Shown here piece by piece: positions 37,501-50,659 of a stretch of 64,000 bases of DNA. The stretch is from positions 18,664,001-18,728,000 of the forward strand of contig NC_086109.1 of assembly GCF_963921235.1 (NCBI RefSeq), in the 5' to 3' direction. The notes below the pieces were generated by a model. That model ran no database searches. It worked only from the letters and a program-made list of their open reading frames with translations, and was not told the origin of the DNA. Source of the DNA: Mobula hypostoma (Eukaryota). The first letter of the stretch is position 1, and each line of letters opens with the position of its first letter. The position numbers were made by a program, and so were the translations under genes.

Positions 37501-39216
37501 CCCCGGAATGTCATCACATTCGGTCTTCTGTTCCATCACTGGTCTGACCTTTGAGCTGAACTCTAGAGTAACATCCCAAGAGAGAGTCTGGATGTACTTT
37601 GCATCTGACTCCTCAGATTTACAGTAAGGAGAACTGGCAGTAAGCAGCAAGATCATTCATTTAACAAAATCACCAAAAATGAGGGGGGAGTTAAGTACAG
37701 GGAAGTGTTTTGCTTATGTTACTTTATTTTAATACATTAATTATTTTAATATCTCGTTGTGCTTCTAATTAAGTTTATTTTCAAAGTATTTTTATCTTCA
37801 TAATAAATCGAATAATTTTGAATATCTTTGACAGGTTGGATCCATATATTTTATAGGAAGTGGTGAGTGGCCTAATCGCACTTCTACACTTCTTAAATAG
37901 AACAGTCCGCTACTATTCACTATTTTTTTCTCGGCAAACCAAAGAAAAGAGTAGTCAAATTTAGTTATGAATGTGACACTGAAAATGTGAGGTTAGAATG
38001 AAAGGCTGCACACTCTAGCACAAGCAGGCAGCAACTTATGTATTTGCAGACTTATTCAGTGATGTTTAAATAGTCCTCCTGAGATTTGAAGGTAGCCTGA
38101 ACCTTGTGAAGTCTACCCAATCAGCATTTGTAATGATGCAACCATCTCACAAAGCCAGGCAGGCCTTTCAATAATGCTCTTCGTGATCTATAACCAAATA
38201 AGCACTTCTGTGACATTGACAAAGGGCACAACCAACTTGTACACAGCAAATTCCCACAAATGTCAATGAGAAAATAAACAGCCTTTTCTTTAACTGATGA
38301 TTTTGAGGGGGTTAAATGTCAGAGCACTTAGGTGTTCTAGAAAAACATGGCATGCAATCTTTAACGTTCATCTGAGGGTGCAAGAAGGCCTCATTTTAAT
38401 ATCACCTCTGATCATATATTGTTCTCTCAGTGCTGCCCTAGGTATATCAGCCTTAACCCTGGAATAGTATGAGCTATTGATCTTCAGTCCTGAGGTTCAG
38501 CTAATATTTTAATATTTCCTGAATAAACTCACTGTGACAGCAATGAGTTAACCAGGTACTCATTTAAAGTTGTCAGCTGAAGCCAATGTATTGGCCTAAA
38601 TAATGTGATAATAGATTTTCTTTGCTTGTTCCTACCACAGCAGTCTTGGTAAATGTTTTGTAAGCAGAAGCAGTGGATTAATGAACATGTCCAAAAGGCA
38701 CTATGTTTCAGGAAAATATAATTCAAATTATGTAGATTGGGTCCTTCTGTACATATCAATCAAAGTTGACGTTTGATGACCTCAAGAATCATTAGCAGCA
38801 AAATCCTACTGATGGTCCTGACGGTCATAACTTGCAAAAGATGATTAAAGATTAGCTTAATTTGTTGCATGTACATTGAAGCATGCAGTGAAATGCGTCA
38901 TTAGCATCAAATCAAATCAGTGAGAATTGTGCTGTAGAAAGCCTACAAGTGTCGCCACACTTTTGGTGCCAATGTAGCAGGCCCACAACTTCCTAACCCT
39001 AACCCTAACCGTACCTCTTTGAAATATGGGTGGAAATTAGAACCGCTAGAGCAAGCCCATGTGGTCATGCAGAGGTTGTACCAATTCCTTACAGGCAGCA
39101 GCAGGAAATTGAACTCTGAACGGTGATCACCGGCACTGTTCTAGTGCTATGCTAACCACGACGTTACTGTGCTGCCCATCTAAGGTAACAATTGAGTCAA
39201 AAGTCTGGACTGAAAG

Positions 39217-39851
39217 TGTCATGGTCCGGTCCGTGAAGTCCGCATTCCGGTTCACAGTCCGGTCCATTGTTCCTTATTCCAGGTTTTCCAATTTTTCCCT
39301 TGTCCTGTTGTATGCCTTAATTGAGGCACATGATTCTCATTTTGGGCTGGCTACATAAACAGCTCCTGGGTTCAGCTTCAGTTGCTGGACTGTTCCCTCT
39401 CCTTCCCCTTCCTTCTGAAGCCTCGCCTGCTACCTTGCCTGTGTCCTCGTCTGTAACGCTGTCAGGTTCAATCGCCAGGGCAAGGCTGGGGCTTTGCTGT
39501 GTCTAGATAAGGAACTGTCTTTCGTTGTTTGGAACTTTCTCTTTGTGTCCTTGCCTTCGCTAGGTAGATCTGGCCGTTTGCCGCTACCTTGAGTTGAGAA
39601 CTGACTCTGTGTCCACGCCTTCGCCAGATAGGTCCGGCCGTTTGCCGCTACCTTGAGTGGAGATCTGTCTCTCAGTGTTCTGTGTATGAGTCCCAGCCCT
39701 ATGTCCTGCTCCCTAGGAGGGGTCCTGACTCTGCATAGAGCCCCGGCCCCAAGACTTGTTCCCAAGGAGGGGTCACGGTTCTGTGTTCCATGTTCCTGTT
39801 CTCCCTCGACCAAGGCTCTGCGTTCCTGTTCTCCCTCGACGAACTTTTACA
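39217..39851 (+). mobile_element. LTR-like fragment with internal tandem duplications
   Basis: Starts TGTCATGGTCCGG, has a TACATAAA box and duplicated GGCCGTTTGCCGCTACCTTGAGT and GTTCCTGTTCTCCCTCGAC. No TSD found. Confidence 0.55.
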
Positions 39852-40084
39852 GAGTATTGTCCCTGGTCTTCTGTGGAAGGCTCTCAATCCAATTTGGAAC
39901 TGCACTCCAAATCAAGGGATGCTAGCTTACCGTTGAATTTAACAAGACAAGTAGCCTGCTACTTATCAATGTGTCAGGCTTGAAGCTTATGCCAAAGTCA
40001 GAAGATTGTCTCAGGAGGAACCCTATCACACGTATTCTCAGTGTCAGGCTTATCTATGTGTATAGTTATCTGAGGGCAGGAGAC

Positions 40085-40482
40085 ACTGGAGTATTTGATG
40101 GCCCTGGGTCTGTACTCCCTGAGGTTTAGGTGAATAAGGAGGTATCTAAATGAAACCAACCAGATTGTGGTCACAGAGAGAATGTTTCCAATTGTGGGAG
40201 AGTCTAGGACCAGAGGGTACAATTGCAGAATACAGGAATGTCCCTTTAGAACAGAGTTGAGGAGGAATTTCTTTAGCCAGAGGAAGGTGAATCTGTGGAG
40301 TTCACTTCCATAGATGGCTGTGGAGGCCAAATCATTGGGTGCATGTAAACCGGAGGTTGATGGGTTCTTGATGAGTAATGGCATCAAAGGTAGGAGAATG
40401 GGGTTGAGAGGGAGAATAAATCATCCATGATTGAATGACAGAGGTAAATGGCCTAATTCTGCTCCTACATCTTATGGTCTTA
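40085..40482 (+). mobile_element. CR1 3' fragment
   Basis: GAGGAGGAATTTCTTTAGCCAGAGG..GTGAATCTGTGG, tail TCTTATGGTCTTA. Confidence 0.85.
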
Positions 40483-41224
40483 TTGGAGCCCCAACTCAGA
40501 TGAAAGATTTATATCCAGAATCCAGCAAGCCCAAGCCCTGGTGGTTATCAGGGAGTCTGCAGGAGTGCTACATGTATAGCATATTTAGCCACAATTAATT
40601 TAAGGCTTAATGCAGTCTCATTGTGTCTAAACACTACCTAATTATTTTGCCATCTTGTTCAGCTGGTGTGATCCTACAAGCTGATTCTGGATCTTTACCA
40701 AGGTTTCTCAAATGACATCAGTGCAGATTTCCTAAGTGAACTTTGATAATCTGATACATGTTCAAAGGGATTGTGTCACTATATTGATGCAAATGATAGG
40801 TAAAAGAACCAACGTGTTTGCCGCTGTGCTAGACTAGTTTCTGAGTAATCATGTGGTGAGGACAGACCGGAGAGCAGATGTTCCTCATGTAATATTCATT
40901 GTTCTTGCATATTGTTAACTAAGCATTAGATAATGTCCCGATGGCTGTGGGCACATTACAGCAATTACAGACCTCCCACATTACTTTTGTCAGACTTCGA
41001 CAGGAACGTTCTAGAGGGTTCTGGAATATACAAAGCAATTAGTTATCAACAGACTAAATTGGGATATTTCATTGAGCATAACAATAGACTGGAAGAATTT
41101 CGGAAAGAGATTATTAATTCAACTCATCATGAAGCAGTGTGAGGCTGTTGTGCTATGAGAATATTATTCCTTTTCCAATCCTTTGCAGCTTTTGTTATTA
41201 ATCAACCCAACTTCCAACAACCTT

Positions 41225-41548
41225 CAGAATCAGAATCAGGTTTAATTTCACTGGCATATATCACAAAATTCATTAACTTTACAGCAGCATTTCAATGCAA
41301 TTCATGATAAATAAGTATAGAAAAAACTTATTTCTGTCTATTAAATAGTTAGGTTAAATAGGTATTTAAAAAAACAGAAATAATTTTAAAAAGTGAGGTA
41401 GTGTTCACGGGTTCAATGTCCATTTAGGAATTGGATGGCAGAGGGGAATAAGCTGTTCCTGAATCAATGAGTCTGTGCCTTCAGGCTTCTGTACCTCCTT
41501 CCTGATGGTAACCATGAGAAAAGGGCATGCCCTGGGTGGTGGGGTTTC
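41225..41548 (-). mobile_element. Rex/Babar 3' fragment
   Basis: (AGAATC)n tail and AGCTGTTCCTGAATC..GTACCTCCTTCCTGATGG. Confidence 0.75.
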
Positions 41549-42929
41549 AGAGGTCAGTGTAGTTCCCTATGTAATGAATGTTCTCTTCATAATTTTTCTG
41601 GTTTGCCAACCGGTTTCCTCTTGTTACAGACCTTCATTTTAATGGAAGTAGTTTCTTTGTATTTATTTTAAAATAAAACATAATTTTGAACACCTAGATT
41701 AATTATGTTCTGTGCTGCAAAGTAAACATATCCATCTTCTCCAACTCTCCACATAACTCAATTCCTAAGGTCTGATCATTTTCCATTAAATTTCCACTGC
41801 ATACTTTTCAATTCCTTGACACCCTTCCCATATTTAATGTCTGAGGAACACATAAAATGATCTCCATCTTTGCTTTGCATGTTTTAAAAAGAACAACTTA
41901 TCATCATTTAGCTGTTTCTTCCTTTAATTCACTTTCCCTTTTACACCTTTAACACATTGGTATCGTTTTGACTATGGGCCCTGGTTGAAGGCATTCTATT
42001 GATAACATAATTGGAACAAAAGGCGTCTGTGCAAGAAGTGAAATGAGAAAGGTTGAGCCTCTTGTACCAAAAAGAAAGGAGGTAAGCTTCATTTGTCACA
42101 TGTACATTGAAACATACTGTAAAATGTGTGATTTATGTCAAATCAAATCAGAGTTTTGCGCTGGGCAGCCCACAATTGTCCAGCACACTTGCCCAGAACT
42201 CACTATCCCTAACTGTATGTCTTTGGAATGTGGGAGGAAACCAGAACACTCAGAGGAAACCCATGAGGTGATGGTGAGAACGTACATCTACTTACAGATG
42301 GCAGGAAGTTAACTCTAATGTCACTGTTGGTGCTGTAAATGCATTACAGGAACAGCTATGCTGCCTTGCCGCTTGTATATTAACAGACACTGCGTATTGC
42401 CAAGAGTACAACTTACCAATGGATTCTTTAATTCTCTTGCCCATTGTTAGAAGGTTTTTTGCTGGGGGCTATTCAAAAAGTGTTCAAACTGAAAATCGGA
42501 GCAGGTAGCTGTACCTTTACCATCCTCTCTGTATGGGTAGATATTAACATTTAGATCAACCACCGTCTAATTGAACGATGGAACAAAGTCAAGGGACTGA
42601 ATTTTTCAATTTCCAAGTAGAAAAGTGCACTTGAGTAAGATGTATCTTATCCAATTTTTCAACTGTAATTTCATTGTTGTTTTATTTTAAAGTCGATTTT
42701 TATTCATCTAATACTAGTAAATATTGAATCTAAGAGTAATAAGCTTTAAGAGATGATAAGGGAACTAGAACTGAAGGCTAAAAATTGGACTTCACCTACT
42801 TTAAGTACACTAAATTGTCCTTTCATTTATTACTAACCTCTACCAAAATCTGTGGAATTGCATCAGTGTTAACATATTTTCAATTCAAAAGTTAAACTAA
42901 ATGAGATCTGTCCAGGTTCTGATGGGAAC

Positions 42930-43400
42930 CATTTGCTGATATTCCACCTGGGTTGCCTCCAAGTTGATGGCATGGATATAGTTTTCTCTAATTTCCAATA
43001 TATTTCTCCTCTCCCTCCTTCTCCTTTTCTTCCATTCCCTGATCTGTTTACCATCTCATTCCTCCTTTTCTATTCATGTGTCCAATGCCTCAATCTTCTT
43101 CCCCTCTTCCTTCCCTTTTTTCCATGGTCCACTGGCCTCTCCTATTAGATTCTTTCTTCTTTAGCCCATTACCCTCTTCCACCTATTTCCTCCAGCTTCT
43201 TACTTCACCTCTCTCCCCCACCTACTCATCTTCCATCTCACCTGGTTTCATCTCTCACCTGCCATCTTGGACTCCTTCCCTTCACCCCATCTTCCTATTC
43301 CCTTCCGTTCCAGTCCTGATGAAAGGTTTCACCCAAAACATTGTCAGTTTATTCCCCTCAATACCAGACTTGCTTAGTTCCTCCCACATTTAGCGTGGGT
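42930..43400 (+). mobile_element. PLE 3' fragment with degenerate hammerhead at about 43311-43347
   Basis: LIFHLGCLQVDGMDIVFSNFQ, pyrimidine tract, CAGTCCTGATGAAAGG. Confidence 0.8.
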
Positions 43401-43516
43401 TGATGATTAAACTTTATTTTAATAAGCTTTAATATGTTTACTAATTGGCATTCAATGTGATTTTGTGATTTGTTTTTGTTTCTTGACTTTAAAGAAACAC
43501 ATATATACATATTTTA

Positions 43517-43712
43517 GCAACACACACAAAATGCTGAAGGAACTCAGCAGGCCAAGGAATATCTATGGAAAAAAGTACAGCTGACTTTTCGGGCTGAAAC
43601 TTCGACTGTACTTTTTCCCATAGATGCTGCCTGGCCTGCTGAGTTCCTCCATCATTTTGTGTGTGTTGCTTGGATTTCCAGCATCTGCAGATTTTCTCTT
43701 GTTTGTGATTGG
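43517..43712. mobile_element. PLE-tail fold-back mini-element
   Basis: About 70-bp inverted arms centred in hammerhead stem II, 13-bp TSD TATACATATTTTA/TATGCATATTTTA. Confidence 0.85.
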
Positions 43713-43889
43713 TATGCATATTTTAAATGTCTTTGATCATCAGAGACAATGGGAAGTGATAGGAAAGGCCAGAGATTGCCAGGACGGTCTTTAGCTCAGG
43801 CATTAATTTCAACTGTCGGTAGTTTTGCTGCAGCTGATGGGTTGCTTCACTGTCCTGCACACCCCCAGCAGCAAGGCCAAGTCAGTAAC

Positions 43890-44400
43890 AGACACAAAAG
43901 GAGGGAGGTCAGTCGAGTGGACAAGGGAGTAATGTAGAGAGAGAAGGGAAAGATGTGCTTTGTGGTGGGATCCCATTGTAGATTGCAGAAGTTATGGAGA
44001 CTGACGTGCTGGATACGGAGGCTCCTGAGGTGGCAAGTAAGGAGAAGGGGAACTCTATCCCTGTTACGGCAGTGGGAGGATGGGATGAGGGCAGATGTTG
44101 TGGGGAATGGAGGAGATGTGGACGAAGGGCTGCTTTGATGGAGGTGAAAGGGAAATCCCTTTCTTTGCAACAGGAGAACATCTCAGAGGTTCTAGAATGG
44201 AAAGCCTCATCTTGAGAACAGATGTGATGTGGCAGGGATGAAGGAACTGAGAAAAGGGAATGGCATTTTTACAAGGGTTGGAAGAGGTATAGACAAGATA
44301 GCTGTAAGAATCAGTAGGTTTGTAAAACATATGTGTAGATAATCTCTCTCCAGAGATGGAGACAAGGAGAGTGTTCATGTTTGGCCAGGCAAATGTTCAG
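43890..44400 (-). mobile_element. PLE internal fragment (RT thumb/linker)
   Basis: LSTHMFYKPTDSYSYLVYTSSNPCKNAIPFSQFL and NRDRVPLLLT. Confidence 0.85.
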
Positions 44401-44421
44401 ACCTATAAAAGGAGGGAGGAG

Positions 44422-45102
44422 GGGAGAAGATGGCGGCACGAAGCAACGCGTGCGGCCGCTCCAAAATGATATCGTATTTCTAAGTAGGGGCCGTGCACAA
44501 TCCTGATTTGATGGAGACAGATGTGAGAAGCACAGAGGAACATCTGGAGAAACTTCTGAAATGCCTGCTTTGCTGCCGATGCTACTGTGCGATCGAGAAT
44601 CTCCAGAGGGGAAGGCCCCAAATCCTCAGCTTTGCCTATTGCCTGTTGCCGGGGCTGGGGTCGAAGTGCTTGGCAGAGATGGTGCTCGGTGCTTGGTTTT
44701 GGAGGGCTGGTTGGAGGCTTGAAGTTTTCGGACGGACTCAAGAGTCGGCTGTGCTCGGGGTGCTTCCAGTGTGCTGCATCGGCAAGTTTGCAGCGCTGGA
44801 AGTTCATGGCAGGAAGAGAGTTTCTCTTCCTTCTACCGTCTGCGTGAGATGGGACTTTTGAGAGACTTTGAGACTTTTTTTACCGTGCCCATTGTGTGTT
44901 CTTCAACAAATTACAGTATTGCTTTGCACTGTTGTAACTATATGTTATAATTACCTGTTTTTTTAGTCTTGGTTTGTCTTGTGTTACTGTGATATCATTC
45001 TGGAGGAACCTTGTATCATTTCTTAATGATCCTTGCATTACTAAATGACAATAAAAGAGGACTGCGTGTCCACATAATCTATAATCTAAAATCTAAATCT
45101 AA
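44422..45102 (+). mobile_element. CpG-rich non-autonomous retroposon
   Basis: GAAGATGGCGG head, AATAAA then (AATCT)n tail. Confidence 0.6.
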
Positions 45103-45597
45103 AAGATAAATGCAACAGGGTGGGACTATTGAACATAGGGGTGGGATCCATGCAATGCGACCCATGGTTCAAGGCAGATCCATATGAACAGCCTGCCTGA
45201 AGTGAGAAGCACTAATGGCATTCTATTGCCAGATTCAAATAAAATTAGCTTGCAAACTAATTGATTTAAATGTGAATGTAAACCACTCTGTGTTCATTTG
45301 CAATACACTGTGCCTGGAGAGTAATCCAGTACAAATCAGCATCAGTGTTCAATTTGGCAAGCATGCGATGAAACTTTGAAGCATCACAAGCAGCAACATA
45401 ATAATGATCAGATCATCTGTTGAATGTGGGATAAATATCGGTCAGTGCACCAGGGAGATTTCGCCTTCTCTCTCTCCAAATAGATAAATAGGATCTTTAA
45501 TGTCTATCTGAGAGGACAGACTGGATCCATTGAAACACAGCTGTGCTCACAGTGTGATTCTGCTTTACTTCTGCAGGAGCTGACTATACTGTTTTAG

Positions 45598-46310
45598 TCA
45601 TAGAGCACTACAGCACAGAAACAGGCCATTTGGCCCATCTAATCTGTGCTGGTCTAGCTTTATGCCCAGTCCTATCTACCTAACCATACCCCATGATACC
45701 TCTCTCATCTTTGCACCTATCTAAACTTCTTAAATGTTACATTTGAACCTGCATCTCACACTTCCACACATGTATCATCCCCTGAGTGAAGAAGCTCCTC
45801 CTTACTTTCCCCTTAAATATTTCACCTATCACCATCAGCCAGTTCTAGTCTTACCCAACATGAGGGGAAAATTCTGCATGCATTCATCTAATTTATACAC
45901 ATCATAATACTTTTATACATCTATAAGATCTCATCTCATTCATTCTTCTGCGCTCGCAGGGGATAAAGCCCTAACCTATTCGATCTTTGGTCCCCAAGTC
46001 TTGGAAGCATTAATGTAAATTTTCTCGGTACTTTCAATCTTACAGACTTAGAATACAAGAGCATCCTTTTTGAACAGAGATGTGGAAGAATTTCTTTAGC
46101 CAGAGGATGGTGAATCTGTGTAATTCATTGCCACAGATGACAGTGGAAGCCAAGCCTTTGGATATATTTAAAGCAGAGGTTGATAGGTTCTTTATTGGAA
46201 AGGGCTTCAAAGGTTACCGGGAGCTGAACCAGCCATGATCAAATGGTGGAGCAGACTCGATGGGCTGAAGAGTCTATTTTTGCTCCTATGCTTTATGGCA
46301 TTATGGTCTT
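45598..46310. mobile_element. Two CR1 3' fragments (about 45598-46040 minus, about 46065-46310 plus)
   Basis: TACAGCACAGAAACAGGCC tail and GAATTTCTTTAGCCAGAGG..TTATGGTCTTA. Confidence 0.75.
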
Positions 46311-46910
46311 ATTGATGTCTTTCCTGTAGGTGACCAGAACTACACACAATTTAGTCTGACACTTAGGTAGTCCGCAACTTTCTGACTCCAATTCATGTGC
46401 GTTATCAACCATCGTTAATTGTACACATGATGCAAGGCAGAAGGAAAGTCCAGGAATAGAAGTATTTTATTTTTTAGCAAGAAAGACGCTATTTCATTTA
46501 CATTTACTGAGAAATTTGACATGTAATTTCAACTTGCCCTTTGAGAATAAACCTTCATTTGCACCTCTGACAGGTGAGATATATTTTTTTATTATCTTGT
46601 ATCTGGGACCTGTCCTCCTCCTGATGGTTGACAAGGGTTTTATTTTGTATTCCTGCAAAGTCAAATGAAGAAACTAATGCTTCTGACGAACAGAACAATT
46701 GCTTCTCTGTAAAGGGAAATATGCTTCTTTCCAATCGGTGGGTCAGTAACTTATTTCAGCAAATGTCGAGTGGAATTTACATTTTTTAAAGCTTACTTGT
46801 GAATGCTTATTATTCCTTAATTAATACTTAATAAATATCTAGTCACTATCAATTTTACGTGCGTGTCAATTAACTGCTGTGTTTTCAAGATAACAACACA
46901 TAAAACATAC

Positions 46911-47232
46911 AACACACACAGGATGCTGGAGGAACTCAGCAGCAGCTATGGAACAGAGTAACCAGTCGACGCTTTGGGCTGAGAGCTTTCATCAGGACTG
47001 GAAAGGAAGGGGAGAAATCGGAGTAAGAGGGTGGGGGGAGTGGAGGAAGAAGTACGAGGAGGCAGGTTTTAGGTGAAACCGGGAGAGGGGGAGGAGTGAA
47101 GTAACGAGCTGGGAAGTTGATTGGTGAAAGAGATAAAGAGCTGGAGAAGGTGGGATTTGATAGCAGAGGACAGAAGAAAGGGAAGGGGAAGGAGCACCAG
47201 AGGGAGATATGGGCAGGTAAGGAGATAAGGTG
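46911..47232 (-). mobile_element. PLE tail with degenerate hammerhead at about 46963-47000
   Basis: ATGCTGGAGGAACTCAGC..CAGTCGACGCTTTGGGCTGAGAGCTTTCATCAGGACTG. Confidence 0.8.
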
Positions 47233-47439
47233 TAAAACACAAAACCTATCTCATTGTGGGATGTTCAGAAATTGTGAAAGTACTTAATTAGAGATATTTT
47301 TCCTTGACTTCCTTTATTTGAACATATACCTCAGGGACACTCAAATCACAGCAAATATGTTGACAGCACTTTAATTTTATTTTAACTTGTATATTTTAAT
47401 TTAATTTCTATAGGTGTACAGTGAAAAGCGTTATTCCAA

Positions 47440-48065
47440 AGAAGGCACAACAGCACTTCTACTTACTTTGAAGTTTGCGTTGGCTTGGGACCTCACCGAA
47501 ATCTTTAACAAGCTTCTATAGATGTACATGGCCTGGTAGGGTACTAGCAATGCCCAGGGATGGTAAAGGTTACAGAAAGTGATGGATCCAGCCAAAACTA
47601 TCACGAGTGAAATTATCCCCACCACTGAGTACATTTACATGGCGCACTGCTGCAAGAATCCATCATCAAAGACTCTCCCCATCCAGGCCATACTCACTGC
47701 TCGCTACAACCATCGGGCAGGAGCTACAGGATCCTTAGATCCCACACTGCCAGGTTCAGGAACACTTATTACTCTACAGCCATCAGGTTCCTGAACCAGC
47801 ATGGATAACTTCACTCACCACAACTCTGAACTGATTCTACAACCTTCAGTCCCATTTTCAAGGATTCTTAACAAATCATATTTTGCAGTTTATTTTTGTA
47901 TTTGCACATCGGTTGTTTATCAATCTTTATGTGGAGTATTTGCAAATTCTATTGTTTTTCTTTATTTTGTAAATGCCTGCAAGAAAATAAATCTCGGTGT
48001 AGTATATTGGAACATACAGTGCATGTACTTTGATAATAAATTTTACATTGAACTTTCAACTTTGA
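47440..48065 (+). mobile_element. Rex/Babar 3' fragment
   Basis: Homologous to 58500-59195, with a (TTGAACT)n-type tail. Confidence 0.75.
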
Positions 48066-48247
48066 ACCAACAGATCAGAGGAAGACCCAAAGACTCAGAA
48101 TCAAAATTAGGCCGTAGTACCAGGCTGCTTAACCCCCAAGGCTATATGCACTATGTATCTGACAGAAAACATCCCAACATCAATTAGAGTGTCACTCACA
48201 ACACACTGGAGGAACTCAGCAGGTCAGGCAGCATCCGTGGAAAAGAT

Positions 48248-48285
48248 CGGTCGATGTTTCGGGCCGGAACCCTTCGTCAGGACTG
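48248..48285 (-). ncRNA. Minimal hammerhead ribozyme, intact core (AUC triplet), in PLE tail at about 48200-48540
   Basis: Reverse complement CAGTC-CTGACGA-A-GGGT-TCCG-GCCC-GAAA-C-ATC-GACCG. Confidence 0.78.
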
Positions 48286-49280
48286 AAGAGGGAAGGGGCA
48301 GAGGCCCTATAAAGAAGGTGGGGGGAGGGTGGGAAGGAGAAGGCTGGTAGGTTCCAGATGAAAAACCAGTAAGGGGAAAGACAAAGGGGTGGGGGAGGGG
48401 AGGCAGGGAGGTGATAGGCAGGAAAGGTGAAGAAGGAATAGGGGAAAACACAATGGGTAGTAGAAGGAGGTGGAACCATGAGGGAGGTGATAGGCAGCTG
48501 GGGGAGGGGGCAGAGTGACATAGGGATAGGGGAAGGGAATTACTGTCACACCTTGTCAAGAAGCAGCTCTTTTATTAGGGAGTCAAAGGGAGCCACAATG
48601 TGGAAACAGCTCTTTGGCCCAATAAATCTCTTACCAGCCATCATGAATCCATTGTTACACTCACCTTACCCTAAACCATTCTATTCTGCTGGCATTTTCA
48701 TCATCTCCTCCCAGATTCTACCACTCACCTACACACTAGGGGCAATTTGCTCTGGTCGGTTAACCTGCCCACCAACAGGCCTTTGAGGTGTGGGTGGAAA
48801 GCAGAGCATTCAGAGGAACACCACTGAGTTGACGAAGTGTTGGGGTGGATGGTAGTTTTGATGGACTCTAGATCATGTTCTCTGGCGGGGGGCTTGTTAT
48901 TGCTTGCATGGTGGGTGGTGCAGGTTGAAGCTTTTGCTAGAGCAGGTTGGGGGATGGAGAGAGTTGGAAGATTGATGCTTTTGCTACTGCTTGTGTGTGG
49001 AAGCTTTGGGGTTCTAACAGTTTTTCTGTCATTCATTCTTTGAATTTTTTTTTCTCTCTGTTTCGAGGATGTCTGTGAAGAGTAAGGATTTCAGGTTGTA
49101 TACTGTATACATTCAATGATATTAAATTGAACCATTGAAAATCATGCAGTCACCGGGAGAATATGCAAACGTCACGTATTGTGGGCTGGAAGCTATATTG
49201 GCTATGGTACTGTCTACTACTGAACATGTGAAAAACATAGGTAGGCCTAAACCACAAGATGACAAAGAATGAGCATCTGA

Positions 49281-49720
49281 GCAACACACATAAAAGTTGC
49301 TGGTGAACGCAGCAGGCCAGGCAGCATCTCTAGGAAGAGGGACAGTCAACGTTTCAGGCCAAGACCCTTCGTCAGGACTAACTGAAAGAAGAGCTAGTAA
49401 GAGATTTGAAAGTGGGAGGGGGAGGGGGTGATCCAAAATGATAGGAGAAGACAGGAGGGGGAAGGATGGAGCCAAGAGCTGGACAGGTGATTGGCAAAAG
49501 GGATATGACAGGATCATGGGACAGGAGGCCTAGGGAGAAAGAAAAGGTGGGGGGGAACCCAGAGGATGGGCAATGGGTATAGTGAGAGGGACAGAGGGAG
49601 AAAAAGGAGAGAGAGAGAAAGAATGTGTGTATAAAAATAAATAACGGTTGGGGTATGAGGGGGAGGTGGGGCATTAGCGGAAGTTTGAGAAGTCAATGCT
49701 CATGCCATCAGCTTGGAATC
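49281..49720 (-). mobile_element. Young PLE 3' fragment
   Basis: Exact 13-bp TSD AATGAGCATCTGA at 49268-49280 and 49721-49733. Same subfamily as 35052-35614. Confidence 0.9.
49343..49380 (-). ncRNA. Minimal hammerhead ribozyme, intact core (GUU triplet)
   Basis: Reverse complement TAGTC-CTGACGA-A-GGGT-CTTG-GCCT-GAAA-C-GTT-GACTG. Confidence 0.8.
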
Positions 49721-50061
49721 AATGAGCATCTGATGCCAGTTGTTAGCAAGGCAGAGCCTGACAGATTGAAAACATAATATGACAACTCAACTTTCTCTCA
49801 AAGGCATGGGATGTTTGCACAATGAACACTGTGGTTGTCAGTCGAAGTAACCCATAGATCATTTCAGGGAGTGCTCTACAGCAGCTCAATGCTGCTGCTG
49901 AACTCGGGACAATACTAGAAGTAATATTGGAAGGAGAGTGTGGGCGGAAGTTGGAAAGAGATGAAGAGGGACTATTGTGGGTATTAGCTTGCTGGGACTG
50001 TAGAAAATTGCCGTCTAGGTCTTAGCTCCTCACCTCAGTCCAAAACCTGCAGCAAACAGAT

Positions 50062-50141
50062 GAGGGGTTCCCAACCCTTCTTATGCCATGGACCAATACC
50101 ATTAAGCAAGGGGTCTGTGGTCTTCAGGTTGGGAACCCATG
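50062..50141. mobile_element. 80-bp hAT MITE copy
   Basis: Homologous to 9054-9133. Confidence 0.75.
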
Positions 50142-50659
50142 ATCTGGACTGATATTTTAATGAGACTTTTATGAAGATATTAGACATTAGACCAGTGATC
50201 CATTGAGGAAGGCAATGGAGTTCTATTTGCTGCCAGTTTATTGCATAGCACTAATTCCTTAACAAACAGCAATTCATCAATCATTTTGTGTTAGCGGCTG
50301 CTTACTGTGAGCAAATATTGTGCTCACAGTAAACGTTAAAGGTAAGAGCACCAACAGTAATCTTCATGAATTAATTTTTTTCTCTAGTAACACGGATGGT
50401 CTATAAATCTAAATACTTGCTTGATAAATTGCAGAAATCTTAACATCCCATGACACATTTTATGATGGTGTAGCTAAGCCTAATGAGATATAATGGTGTC
50501 GTAAATCAAAAAGTTGTGTAGAAACAGCCCCTGCATTAAAAAAGTCAGGGTTACAGAAAGGTGCCTTTACATAATTCACTGATCACCACCCAGAAATTTG
50601 ACATACAGAATAAATAAAATTTGCAATTTAAAGATTGCAAATTTGGTATATAGTATAGT

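Noticed and set aside
38992..39010. (CCCTAA)3 telomere-like repeat
   Set aside because: Only three units, a local expansion of a CTAACCCTAAC motif inside a SINE body. Not a real interstitial telomere.
39550..39845. Spaced direct repeats superficially CRISPR-like
   Set aside because: Only two copies of each unit inside an LTR-like sequence, eukaryotic context, no cas genes.
49868..50025. Open frame after TTTCAG (SALQQLNAAAELG...)
   Set aside because: No convincing donor site or homology, and the length is within chance.
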